Of a stretch of DNA of 64,000 bases, positions 12,833 to 24,004 are shown piece after piece. Every line of letters starts with the position of its first letter. Position 1 is the first letter of the stretch. The position numbers and the translations under genes were made by a program. Location of the stretch: contig NC_135916.1 of assembly GCF_964194155.1 (NCBI RefSeq), positions 1,302,001 to 1,366,000 on the forward strand, given 5' to 3'. The notes under the pieces were generated by a model that was not told the origin of the DNA, searched no databases, and was given only the letters and a program-made list of their open reading frames with translations. The DNA is from Cetorhinus maximus. Lineage: Eukaryota.

Positions 12833-14360
12833 CTTCCTCCCCCTGTACGTGTTAATTTCCAACAAGTGAATATGGCATCACTGATCACCTGCCAATGTCT
12901 GACAAATATGTTTCACTTCTATTCTGACAGGGTTTCAACGTAGAATTTGGTGTGCGTGTGTGCACATGTGCATGTTTCTAGAAAGGAAGAAATTTATTTT
13001 TTCTGCACTTTACATAGAATGCTATGCGAATGTCAGTTCAGCCTGTATCTGTCACTTTTTAACATGTTACTACGAGTCTTATTCTTTACCTGTCTATGAA
13101 TGGGGATTTTAAAATGCACCTAGTTATTTGCTGCTGTGTGACTTTTTTCTTTTATAGATGTTTGGAATTAATTATGGGTTTTTAAAAAAAATATATACGT
13201 AATTCAAAAATTATCTGAAAGAACATTTCTAAATCGCCATCACAAAAAGTGCAATCAGATTCAACTTTTACACATGGATCAAGAGTTGCTTCTATACAAT
13301 CAATGAATATTACAATCAATTCAATATGGTCATTACAGGCAGTCAGACAGCGCAATGATATTGGAGTTATCAACATACATCATGTTGCACTTTTGAGGTG
13401 TTTCAATACTATTACTATTCAGTGCAGATATTTTTTTGTGAGCCGTACAGCTTTACTCTGGGTATTTAACTCTCTGTAATGCACTTGTGGCTATTACTCT
13501 GCACCTGCCAGTGCCTGACATGTGAGGATGCATTTTGCATTCACTGTTGCTGACATGTAAAGCAAATTTTACTACTTAACTCTCAGTTACTGGTATATAG
13601 ATGTGCAGATTTTATTCTGTATCTGTAATTCTGTGATATGTTAGTTTGATTCATTTTCCTGTTGTTTGGCTCAGGGTCAGAAATATGAGCATGGAAAAAA
13701 AATATGTTGAAACACTTAGGCTATTTTAAATGAATGAGAATTTAATTATTTGCTTTCAATCCCCAGAATGAGAATGTGCCCTATGCTTATCATATTCTTG
13801 TATGTGAGTATTGTCTTTCCTCCAGGTCTGTATGCACCTTGTAGGTCATGGTCGGTTTTGCTGTGAACATGTCAGCCTGTATTACTTGATTGTGATGTTC
13901 ACATTGCAGCTTTCAATTTAGTGTGTGAGCATGGACCATTCGCTCCCTCCCCCCAACCCCTCAACCCAAACCTACAGATTTTGATGCATGTTCATGTGTG
14001 ATTTTACCGTAGCTATCAACGTCTGCTTTCTGGGTATCCATTTTCTTCCTATTTTTAAAATTCTGTTATGGGAAACTTGATTTTATTCTACACCTCTCTA
14101 TCGCTGGTATGTGTCTGTGGTTTTACAATGTAAGCATCTGCCCCTGTCATGGGAATTCAGGTTTCTTCTGTATCTGTCAGTCTCTCCTATGACAGTGCTG
14201 TAATGTTATTTGCCGTACTTGTCAATATCTGCTTTGTCAGTTAAGGTTTAACCTATCTTCTTTGTAGAGATCTGTTGATATAACTATTAGTGAGTATATT
14301 GACCTGGCACGTGATGTGTATGTGTGTCTGTCTTAATGAATATGTACTTTATCATTATCA

Positions 14361-14985
14361 GGGGGAGGCGATGGTGTTGTGATGTTGTCATTGTTGTCAC
14401 TATTAATCCAAAGACCTAGGGTAATACTCTGGGGACCCGGGTTCGAATCCTGCCGAGGTTTGGCGGATTGTGAATTCAATAAAAATCTGGAATTAAAAGA
14501 ATAATGGTGACCATTGTCGATTGTTGTAAGAACCCACCTGGTTGACCAATGCCGGAAACCTGTTGTCCTTACTTAGTCTGGTCTACATGTGGTGTTGTGT
14601 TAGACCCACTTGGCCACTCACTTGTAATAAACTGCTAAAAAGTCACAAAAATGGAATGGAATCAGATGGACCACCCGACACTGACTGAGGCACCGGAAAC
14701 AAAAATGACTAAATTCAGCCCTGTCGACCCTGAAGGTAGATGGGAACACCTCCAGCTAGAATTTCCACTCCAAGTCACTGCACGATCCTGACTTGGAAAT
14801 ATATCCTGTTCCTTCACTGTCGCTGGGGAAAAATTTTGGAACTGCCTCCCTAACAGCAGTGTGGGTGTACCTACACCACGTGGACAGCAGGAGTTCAAGA
14901 AAGCAGCTCACCACCACCTTCTCAAGGGCAACTAAATGGTGGCACAGCCAGAAAAGCAAACATCCCGTGAATGAATTTAAAAAAA
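14361..14985 (+). mobile_element. tRNA-derived SINE with LINE-like 3' tail
   Basis: B box GGTTCGAATCC ~14441; tail AAGAAAGCAGCTCACCACCACCTTCTCAAGGGCAA..GAATGAATTTAAAAAAA; empty site in unit 3 (~56435). Confidence 0.8.
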
Positions 14986-15404
14986 GATATTATATGGGAT
15001 CTTTGGTGTTGAATTTATGGTGTTGCTTTATGAATGCTGGGTGCGCTCAAGGATTAATTCTGTAAATTTCAATCAGCTTTAATACCTGGTATTTAAATTA
15101 CAGGCGATGTTCTACTCTTGTGACATGAAAGGGCTGCTCTTCAATCTGATAATGGCTGTGATTGTTGACTGCAATTGGTGGACCTGCAATTCAGCAGTAC
15201 TGAGTAGGAGTGTACTGTAGTAAAATTATTCCACCTCCCCTGAGTGTCTGACCATTGGATGGAGCATTTGTACCTGGGTTTGAGATCAATTTGAGCCTGA
15301 CTATTTCTGTTCTCGGTGATGGTGGAGCTGATGTTCTGTCTGTATCTCTGCACTCTCGGAGTAACATCGTGCCTGCTGTCAGTTAGAAAGAGGTGGCTAG
15401 ACGT

Positions 15405-16215
15405 TTATTTTTCCTGGGATATCATCAGCTTGAAACTGATCCCTTCATTGATTTGCCTGGAGGAAGAAACATAAGTCTTGTAACACAAAATCAGCAGAGG
15501 ACATTGAAAAACAATAGGTCAACATAATCTTTCAACTGACAATAAATAAAAAAATATATATCTAGATGCAAAACATAACGATACAATAAATACTACAGTG
15601 TCTGATTCCACGTCAGCAACCTGCTTTGGTAGTTTTCAAGCAATTGAGTGACACTCAGAAACAATCCACATCTGTATGGCTCCAAGGGTGACACTCCCCG
15701 AGGATACAAAGACAGTTCAGATATCAATATCCAGCTCTCAGCCGGTGCTAAAATGTTTATATCTTAATAGCTGGTGCCTCCAAAGCGTGACCCCTACATG
15801 GTTACTCTCCTCCTTACTCTCTGCCTGTTACCACTGTTCACTGTCCAAATGCCGACAAGTTGCATGAATCAGCAGCTATACTTGGAATATGCATTACAGG
15901 TTTGAGGGGAGAAAATCCCAATAGTTTACAATTGCAGCTTCCTCAGGTTCTGTCTCCCTCAGCAGGGCCACACACAGCCCCAGAAAGGCCTCTCCCCGAC
16001 CACCCGCTCACTCCAAGTTCCGGAACACGTTCGCGCTCCGCTCCGCCTCTTACAAACAGCCCCCGGTTCCCCCTGAACTTACCCCGAGTCAATGATGATT
16101 TCTGTGTCCACACTGACAAACCGGTGCCCTGCTGGAATCAGAACGCTGTTTACTCGCTTACCCGGGCCCTAAGATTTCCATTTCTATCTGTTTGAAACAA
16201 AGGTCTCCCGCTCAC
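15405..16215 (-). ncRNA. Putative spliced unknown gene (copy 1), lncRNA or micro-ORF
   Basis: Near-identical ~270-bp core in 3 units; donors CGG|GTAAGC (exon end 16162) and GGG|GTAAGT (16083); acceptor TTTCTTCCTCCAG|G (exon start 15456). Transcription is inferred only. Confidence 0.45.
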
Positions 16216-16254
16216 AGTGAAAAGCCCTCAAAGGTCAATTCTTGGGAGAAATGA

Positions 16255-16362
16255 GGGGCGCATGCGCTCTTCTAGCCATGTCTGAGAAAACTGAGGGCAG
16301 CAATGCGCAAGCGCTTCCCTGGAACAGACGTCACAGAACAGACGTCATTTGCTCCGCCCCTC
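16255..16362. promoter_or_regulatory. TATA-less promoter: two NRF1-type sites, two GACGTCA motifs, GC box
   Basis: GCGCATGCGC 16258; ATGCGCAAGCGC ~16303; GACGTCA ~16327 and 16341; CCGCCCC ~16354. Confidence 0.65.
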
Positions 16363-16528
16363 AGTCAATGTTCTCCAGCTTGAGCATCACAATGGGTCTG
16401 TGTTGAACGGGCAGAGTTTCAGGCAGGTAGACGATTCCTGAATGAAGCTCAAACTGATATCGCTCCCTGCAGCATCTTAGCTGTTCATTCACCGGTTTAG
16501 CAAATCAATCCGCCCAGTGAATCTATGT

Positions 16529-19014
16529 CAAAAAAAAACAGAATTACCTGGAAAAACTCAGCAAGTCTGGCAGCATCGGCGGAGAAGAAATCAGTTAACG
16601 TTTCGAGCCGTCTCAATTTCTCTGCTCCTCTCACCCATTCTAATCTGTCTCTCTCTGAACTCACTGCACTCCGTTCTCTCAGGTCCAACCCCAACATTGT
16701 CATCAAACCCGCTGACAAAGGTGGTACTGTTGTTGTCTTGCGCATGGACCTCTACCTCGCGGAGGCTGAGCGTCAACTCGCAGACGTTTCCTCCTACCTC
16801 TCCCTGGACCATGACCCCACCACAGAACATCAAGCCATTGTTTCCAGGACTGTGACTGACCTCATCTCCTCTGGAGATCTTCCTCCCACAGCTTCCAACT
16901 TGATAGTCGCCCAACCTCGGATGGCCTGCTTCTACCTCCTACCCAATATCCACAAACAGAACTGTCCTGGCAGACCGATCGTGTCAGCCTGTTCCTGCCC
17001 CACGGAACTCATTTCTCGTTATCTTGACTCCCTTCTCTCTCCCCTTGTCCAGTCCCTTCCCACCTACATCCGTGATTCCTCTGACACCTTACGTCACATC
17101 AACAATTTCCAGTTCCCTGACCCCAACCGCTTCCTCTTCACCATGGATGTCCAATCCCTCTACACCTCCATCCCCCACCAGGATGGTCTGAGGGCCCTCA
17201 GCTTCTTCCTTGAACAGAGGCCCCAACAATCCCCATCCACCACTACTCTCCTCCGTCTGGCTGAACTTGTTCTCACACTGATCAATTTCTCCTTTAACTC
17301 CTCTCACTTCCTCCAAATAAAAGGTGTGGCTATGGGTACCCGCATGGGCCCCAGCTACGCCTGTCTCTTTATGGGGTATGTGGAACATTCCTTGTTCCAG
17401 TCCTACTCCGGCCCCCTCCCACAACTCTTTCTCCGGTACATCGATGATTACTTCGGTGCTGCTTCATGCTTTCGTCGGGACCTGGAAAAATTTATTAATT
17501 TTGCTTCCAATCTCCACCCCTCCATCATCTTCACATGGTCCATCTCTGACACTTCTCTTCCCTTCCTTGACCTCTGTCTCAATTTCTGATGATAGACTGT
17601 CCACCAATATCCATTACAAGCCTACCGACTCCCACAGCTACCTCGACTACAGCTCCTCACACCCCGCTTCCTGTAAAGACTCCATCCCATTCTCTCAGTT
17701 CCTTCGCCTCCGTCGCATCTGTTCTGATGACGCTACCTTCAAAAACAGCTCCTCTGACATGTCCTCCTTCTTCCTTAACCGAGGTTTTCCATCCACGGTC
17801 GTTGACAGGGCCCTCAACCGTGTCCGGCCCATATCCCGTGCATCCTCCCTCACGCCTTCTCCTCCTTCCCAGAAACACGATAGGGTCCCCCTTGTCCTCA
17901 CTTATCACCCCACCAGCCTCCGCATTCAAAGGATCATCCTCCGCCATTTCCGCCAACTCCATCATGATGCCACCACCAAACACATCTTCCCTTCACCCCC
18001 CTTGACGGCATTCCGTAGGGATCGTTCCCTCCGGGAACCCTGGTCCACTCCTCCATCACCCCCTACTCCTCAACCCCCACTTATGGCACCTCCCCATGCC
18101 CACGCAGAAGATGCAACACCTGCCCCTTCACTTCCTCTCTCCTCACCGTCCAAGGGCCCAAACACTCCTTTCAAGTGAAGCAGCATTTCACTTGCATTTC
18201 CCCTAACTTAGTCTACTGCATTCGTTGCTCCCAATGCGGTCTCCTCTACATTGGAGAGACCAAACGCAAACTGGGCGACCGTTTTGAGGAACAACTGCGG
18301 TCTGTCCGCAAGAAAGACCCAAACCTCCCTGTCGCTTGCCATTTCAACACTCCACCCTGTTCTCTTGCCAACATGTCTGTCCTTGGCTTGCTGCATTGTT
18401 CCAGTGAAGCCCAACGCAAACTGGAGGAACAGCACCTCATCTTCCGACTAGGCACTTTACAGCCCACTGGGCTGAATATTGAATTCAACAACTTTAGATC
18501 TTAAACTCCCCCTCCCCCCATCCCCACCCCGTTTCTTTCCCCCCCCCACCCGCTTTTTTTTCAATAATTTATATAGATTCTTCTTTCCCCACCTATTTCC
18601 ATTATTTTTAAATCTAAAACTAAAACCTTTAGTCTTTCCACCCCACCCCCACTAGAGCTGTACTTTGAATATCCTGTTTTCCATTCTTAATTAGCACTTT
18701 TCTCAGACAAAGAACTCCACCTTCAACACCTCTTTGATCCTTTTGTCTGTGACATCTTTTGATTATCTGCTCACACCACACCCTCAATGTGTCTCTTTCA
18801 CCCCCCCCACCCCACCCCCCACCCACCTTAAACCAATTTATATTTCTCCCTTGTTGAAACTATGCTGCAGTTCTGCCGAAGGGCCATGAAAGCTCGAAAC
18901 GTTAACTGATTTCTTCTCCGCCGATGCTGCCAGACTTGCTGAGTTTTTCCAGGTAATTCTGTTTTTGTTTTGGATTTCCAGCATCCGCAGTAGCTTTTAG
19001 CTTTTTGTTTTTAT
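16529..19014 (+). mobile_element. Penelope-like retroelement (RT + GIY-YIG), 5'-truncated, inverted pLTR, frameshifted
   Basis: RT motifs FTMDVQSLYTSIP, GVAMGTRMGP and RYIDD; GIY-YIG NLVYCIRC..YIGET (18175-18504); 16531-16608 is the inverse of ~18890-18967; 14-bp TSD CAGTGAATCTATGT at 16515 and 19015; frameshifts near 17575 and 18040. Confidence 0.93.
18868..18908 (+). ncRNA. Minimal type-I hammerhead-like motif in Penelope terminus (variant core CUGCCGA)
   Basis: CAGTT-CTGCCGA-A-GGGC..GCTC-GAAAC-GTT-AACTG. Confidence 0.6.
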
Positions 19015-19849
19015 CAGTGAATCTATGTGTTTGCTGTGACCAGGCAGAAGTTAATGTCTGGTCTTAAAAGTCACTCTTTAATATAATCAGTTTGAACCTC
19101 TCAGTCACTGAGTGTCAATTCGAACATTTTGTGTCCAAAGTTTAAAGAGAGCTCCAGAGGTTATGGATCATTACATTTCGGATACTATTCACCTCACCCA
19201 CTGGCATTACTTCTGTTTGTGTGATAGAAATGTGTCTGCCTTTGGCCCAGTAATAGCTGGAGCTGAATCACGTCATCTCTCACCTCTGTGGGTCTGTCAG
19301 TTTTAAATTAGTTTTCCCTATCAGGTTCAGAATCTTCGGTGTTTCAAAAAGGAAACCTCTTAATCTTCTAAATTCCAATGATTAAAAGTTCAACTTGTTT
19401 ATGATCCTCTCATCAGCCCACAGCATCATTTCAGGAATCTAGTCAGGAAAATTCACTGAATAATTTCAATATAATTATATCCCTCTCTGGTTCTAAAAGA
19501 TGTTTGGGACAAAATTATTAATTATCATATTTTTATAATCTTTTGAAATAATTATAAAATGTATGCCTCTATCCGATGATAGATGCGAGGGCCACTCATT
19601 GCTATATTGACACGTGGTAGCAATAGAGAGAGCGATTTCTCTGTTTCTCCCTCCCTTGCTCCTTTTATCTCCTTCACTCTTGCTCCCTCCCCCCCCCTAT
19701 CTCGCGACTTCTGTTACTAATGTTAATGATAGGTCAATATACACTGGCAATGTGAACACTCGCCCCGTGTTATGAGTCAGAATGTCACTGTTCCTTCTCC
19801 TCTCGGAAATTCAGGCCTGACATTTGATCTGATTACTAAATTGATTTCA

Positions 19850-19985
19850 GGTGAAGAAGAGTCACACTGACTCGAAAAGTTATCTCTGTCTTCCTCTCCA
19901 CAGAGGCTCTCAGACCTGCTGAGTTTTTCCAGCTATTTTTGTTTTTGTTTCAGATTTCCAACACCTGCACTATTTTACTTTTATT
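19850..19985 (+). mobile_element. Penelope terminal fragment with decayed hammerhead-like motif
   Basis: TGAAGAAGAGTCACACTGACTCGAAA..AGACCTGCTGAGTTTTTCCAGC. Confidence 0.65.
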
Positions 19986-20261
19986 TCATCGGATCATCTC
20001 CAAACAAAAATCAAAACAAACTCTGAAAACACCTTTCATTTTCAGGAACGTGACTATGCACGTCTTTGTGTTCATATATAACTGGCCCACTCTGGTTGTT
20101 GAGGTAGGGGTACATTGCAAACTGTGAAATTGTGACCTGTCAGTTCAGGAGGAGCAACATAAACAGGGAAGTCTGGAGGGACCAGTTGCAGTAAATTTGT
20201 ATTGTCACCAGAAATAAACATCTTGATGTGAGCTTTTCAGATAATAGCGTGAAATGACATA

Positions 20262-21150
20262 TCACAGAATCACACAAAGTGCAGAAGAGGCCCTTCGGCC
20301 CATCGAGTCTGCACTGACACGTGAGAAACACCTGACCTACCTACTTAATCACATTTACCAGCACTTAGCCCATAGTCTTGAATGATAAGACATGCCAAGT
20401 GCTCATCCAGGTACTTTTAAAAGTATGTGAGGCAACCCACCACGACCACCCTCCAAGGCAGTGCATTCCAGACCGTCACCACCCTCTGGGTTAAAAAAGT
20501 TATTCCTCACAGTCGCCATGAACCACCTGCCCCTCACCTTGAACTTATACCCCCTTGTGACTGATCCTTCAACTAAGGGGAACACCTGCTCCCTATCCAT
20601 ACTGTCTATGTCCCTAATAATCTTGTACACCTCGATCAGGTCGCCCATCAGCCCTCTCTGCTCCAACGTAAACAACACAAGAGAATCCAACCTCTTTTCA
20701 TAACCTAAATGTTTCATACCAGGCCACATCCTGGTGAATCTCCTCTGCACCACCTCCAGTGCAATCACATCCTTCATATAATGTGGCCACCAGATTGTAC
20801 TCCAGCTGTAGCCTCACCAAGGCTCTATACAACTCCAACATGACCTCCCTACTTTTGTAATCTATGCCTCGATTGATTAAGGCAAGTGTCTCATCTGCCT
20901 TTCCCCCACCCCACTAACATGCCCCTCCACCTTCAGAGATCTAGGGACACACACGCCAAGGTCCCTTTGTTCCTCAGATCTTCCTAGTGTCATGCCGTTC
21001 ATTGAATACTTCCTTGTCAAATTACTCCTTCCATAGTGTATCACCTCACAGTTTTCAGGGTAAAACTCCATCTGCCACTTATCTGCCACTTGACCATCCC
21101 GTCTATATCTTCCTGTGGCCCAACCCACTCAACCTCGCCGTTAAACACCA
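20262..21150 (-). mobile_element. CR1 LINE 3' fragment, specific to unit 2
   Basis: Minus ORFs DKWQMEF and GDLIEVYKII; absent at the homologous site ~43680. Confidence 0.9.
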
Positions 21151-21872
21151 ATTTGCGAATGAGACCATCTACGGCTCCCATGCCTCAGAGAGCTAAACGT
21201 TCGCTGAGTTTACAATCGACAATATTCTTCATAGAAAAGGGAGCAAAGTACGAAAAAGAGGAGGAATTCACGCCTGAGAGATTCACATTATTGACCGTTG
21301 TTGCCTGTAAACATGTACATCTGAACATTGTGTAAGAGAGTGTTGGAACTGGGCGGGCGAGTCAGAGGAATGAAACTGTGTTTCCGTGTCCGTTCTGATC
21401 ATGAGATTTCCGAGTTCTGCTTGCCTAAACTAAAAATATTTTATATTCAAAAGTTCCCTCTTTTCCCCAGCTTGACGCCAAAGTGAGATTTAAAGGCAAT
21501 TTCTTTGTTGTTATCTAGATTTCAGTCGATAAGTAGAGGACATGTCAGAGATCGGGTGAAGGAGCCGCAGTAAATCCGGTTTTAATCGAAATTCGAGTCT
21601 TCAGTTCGCGTCAAATCTTTTCAACAGCGAACATTACAATGTCAGAGATAAGAAGGATTCAGTCTGGGACACTGGAGAGCCGGAATTTCCATGGAATTGG
21701 GGAGTTTGTGAGGAGAGAAAAACACAGAGAGGCAGCAGCAGCCTGGAGCTGACAGCAGCCTGTCTCCGCCCCGTCCGCTCGCTGCCTTTAAGTTGCTCAG
21801 TGCCGCCACCAGCGGCTTCATTTCTGAGCCCGTTCAGATCGACAGAGACACTTTTGTGCAGAGTCCCGGAAC

Positions 21873-22529
21873 ATGACCGATACTGCAGCCGCCGAAACGG
21901 CTCCTCCAGCCGCTCCCGCCGCCCAAGTCAAGACTCCCAAGAAGAAGAAGAAGGCGGCTCCCCGGAGCAGTGCAGCCGGTCCCAAAATGGGCGAGCAGAT
22001 CCTCAAGGTTGTGGCGGATTGCAGCGATCGCAAGGGGATGTCGCTGCCCGCGATCAAGAAGGCGCTGCGCGGCAAAGGGCTGGATGTGGAGAAACTCGGC
22101 TCCCAGATCAAGCAAAGCATCAAGAGGAATGTGAAGAATGGCTTCCTGGTTCAGGTCAAGGGCACGGGCGCCTCGGGCTCCTTCAAAGTCCCTAAGAACA
22201 CAACCCCGGGGAAAGTGGGAAAGAAGGCGAAGGCAGCAGCTGGCAAGAAATCTCCAGTGAAGAAAGCGGCAGCCAAGAAGGTGACAGCAAAGAAAGCAGC
22301 GGCCAAGAAGACTCCAGTCAAGAAAGCAACGGCCAAGAAGACTCCAGTCAAGAAAGCAGCGGCCAAGAAATCCCCAGCGAAGAAAGCAGCGGCCAAGAAA
22401 CCAGCCAAGAAGGCGGCAACTCCCAAAAATCCGGTGAAGAAAGCAGCCCCCAAGAAAAAGTCTCCGGCCAAGAAGGTGACGAGCGTCAAAAAAGTGGCGA
22501 AAGGGAGGGCCAAGCCCAAAGGGAGATAA
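21873..22529 (+). CDS. H1: Linker histone H1, 218 aa
   Basis: Paralog of 3114-3770; stem-loop 22578-22593. Confidence 0.97.
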   Translation: MTDTAAAETAPPAAPAAQVKTPKKKKKAAPRSSAAGPKMGEQILKVVADCSDRKGMSLPAIKKALRGKGLDVEKLGSQIKQSIKRNVKNGFLVQVKGTGASGSFKVPKNTTPGKVGKKAKAAAGKKSPVKKAAAKKVTAKKAAAKKTPVKKATAKKTPVKKAAAKKSPAKKAAAKKPAKKAATPKNPVKKAAPKKKSPAKKVTSVKKVAKGRAKPKGR

Positions 22530-23037
22530 GCAAAGATGGGAAAGATCCCGAGCAAATTGTAAACCTCTAAACCCAAAGGCTCTTTTCAGAGCCACCCACA
22601 TTTCACATGAAAGAGCTGATCCCCTGATCATTTGATCCCTGTCTCGGGGCTGGGAGCTGATTTCAGATGGAAATGTTTCTTTATCCTCCCATGTAAATCC
22701 TATTTTCCCGCTCACTCACTGACACACTCTCCACCCGTCCCCTCCCGCACTGTGCAATAAGACACAGGGATATCCTTACAGCTCCCTAAACGGGATGTGT
22801 CCCAGTGCATTCAATGTTTATCTTCGTTCCTTTATTCACATTTTCAGGGTCTGCAATGGAGTGATAATGGAGTAAAACCCCGTCTCACAACTAATAACCA
22901 TACCTTTATATTTTCTCTAATTCTGTTGGATGAGGTGTCAGGCGAATTTCCCAATCCCATTTGGGGGTGTGGAAGGAAGGGTGAGGCTTGAGTCTAGAGA
23001 TTTGTGTGTATAGAATATTACAAGGATTGAAATAGAA

Positions 23038-23475
23038 GCAAAAACAAAAACAAAAATACCTGGAAAAACTCAGCAGGTCTGACAGCATGGGCGGAGAGGA
23101 ACACAGTTTACGTTTCGAGTCCTCATGACCCTTCAACAGAACTAAGTAAAAGTAGAAAAGGGGTGAAATATAAGCTGGTTTAAGGGAGGGGGGTGGGACA
23201 AGAAGAGTTAGGTAGAGGGCCAGTGATACGTGGAGATAACCAAATGATGTCCCAGACAACAGGACAAAGAGGTGTTGAAGGTGGTGATATTATCTAAAGG
23301 AATGTGCTAATTAAGGGTAGAAAGCAGGACAAGCAAGGTGCAGATAGCCCTAGTGGGGGTGGGGGTGGAGTGAACGAATCGAAACAGGCTAAAAGGTAGA
23401 GATAAAACAATGGATATAAATACATTTAAGAATATTGGAAATATGTGGGGAAAGAAAAATCTATATACATTATTG
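23038..23475 (-). mobile_element. Penelope 3' terminal fragment
   Basis: Reverse-complement similarity to ~18560-18970; hammerhead-like motif 23104-23143. Confidence 0.85.
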
Positions 23476-23683
23476 GATAAATAAATGCGTTTATGGCAGG
23501 CAGGAGGAGGAGCTGATTTACCAAAGACCTTGTTCTGACTGGTACTCAGTGTCTCCCGCCCCGTCTCTCACACACACACACTCTGTTTCTCTCTCTCTCT
23601 CCCTTCCTCAGTCAGGTCGGGGCGGGCTGTATAAAAGCGGAACGTGAAGCCGCTCCCCACTCATTCAGCAGCGATTTGACTGA

Positions 23684-24004
<321 letters not shown>

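Larger units (their letters stand above)
8050..15360. repeat. Highly degenerate ~40-bp tandem array, T/TG-rich, interrupted by TEs (unit 1)
   Basis: Units start at ~14001, 14040, 14080, 14121 and 14162; approximate consensus ATTTTATTCTGTACCTGTCAGTCTCTGGTATGTGAGTGTGG. Confidence 0.6.

Noticed and set aside
14361-14460. tRNA gene
   Set aside because: A B box is present but there is no cloverleaf, and the sequence continues into a SINE body and tail.
8050-15360. CRISPR-like or protein-coding interpretation of the periodic array
   Set aside because: No constant repeat plus unique spacer structure, eukaryotic context, variable period not a fixed multiple of three, and no long ORFs.
16088-16117. 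C/D-box-like GTCA-ATGATGA..CTGA-C in the conserved core
   Set aside because: Only 14 nt between the boxes, and the C box is mutated (ATGTTGA) in copy 3; too small for a snoRNA.
16525-17589. 354-aa ORF as an intact RT gene
   Set aside because: Its N-terminus comes from the inverted terminal repeat; the element is 5'-truncated and frameshifted.
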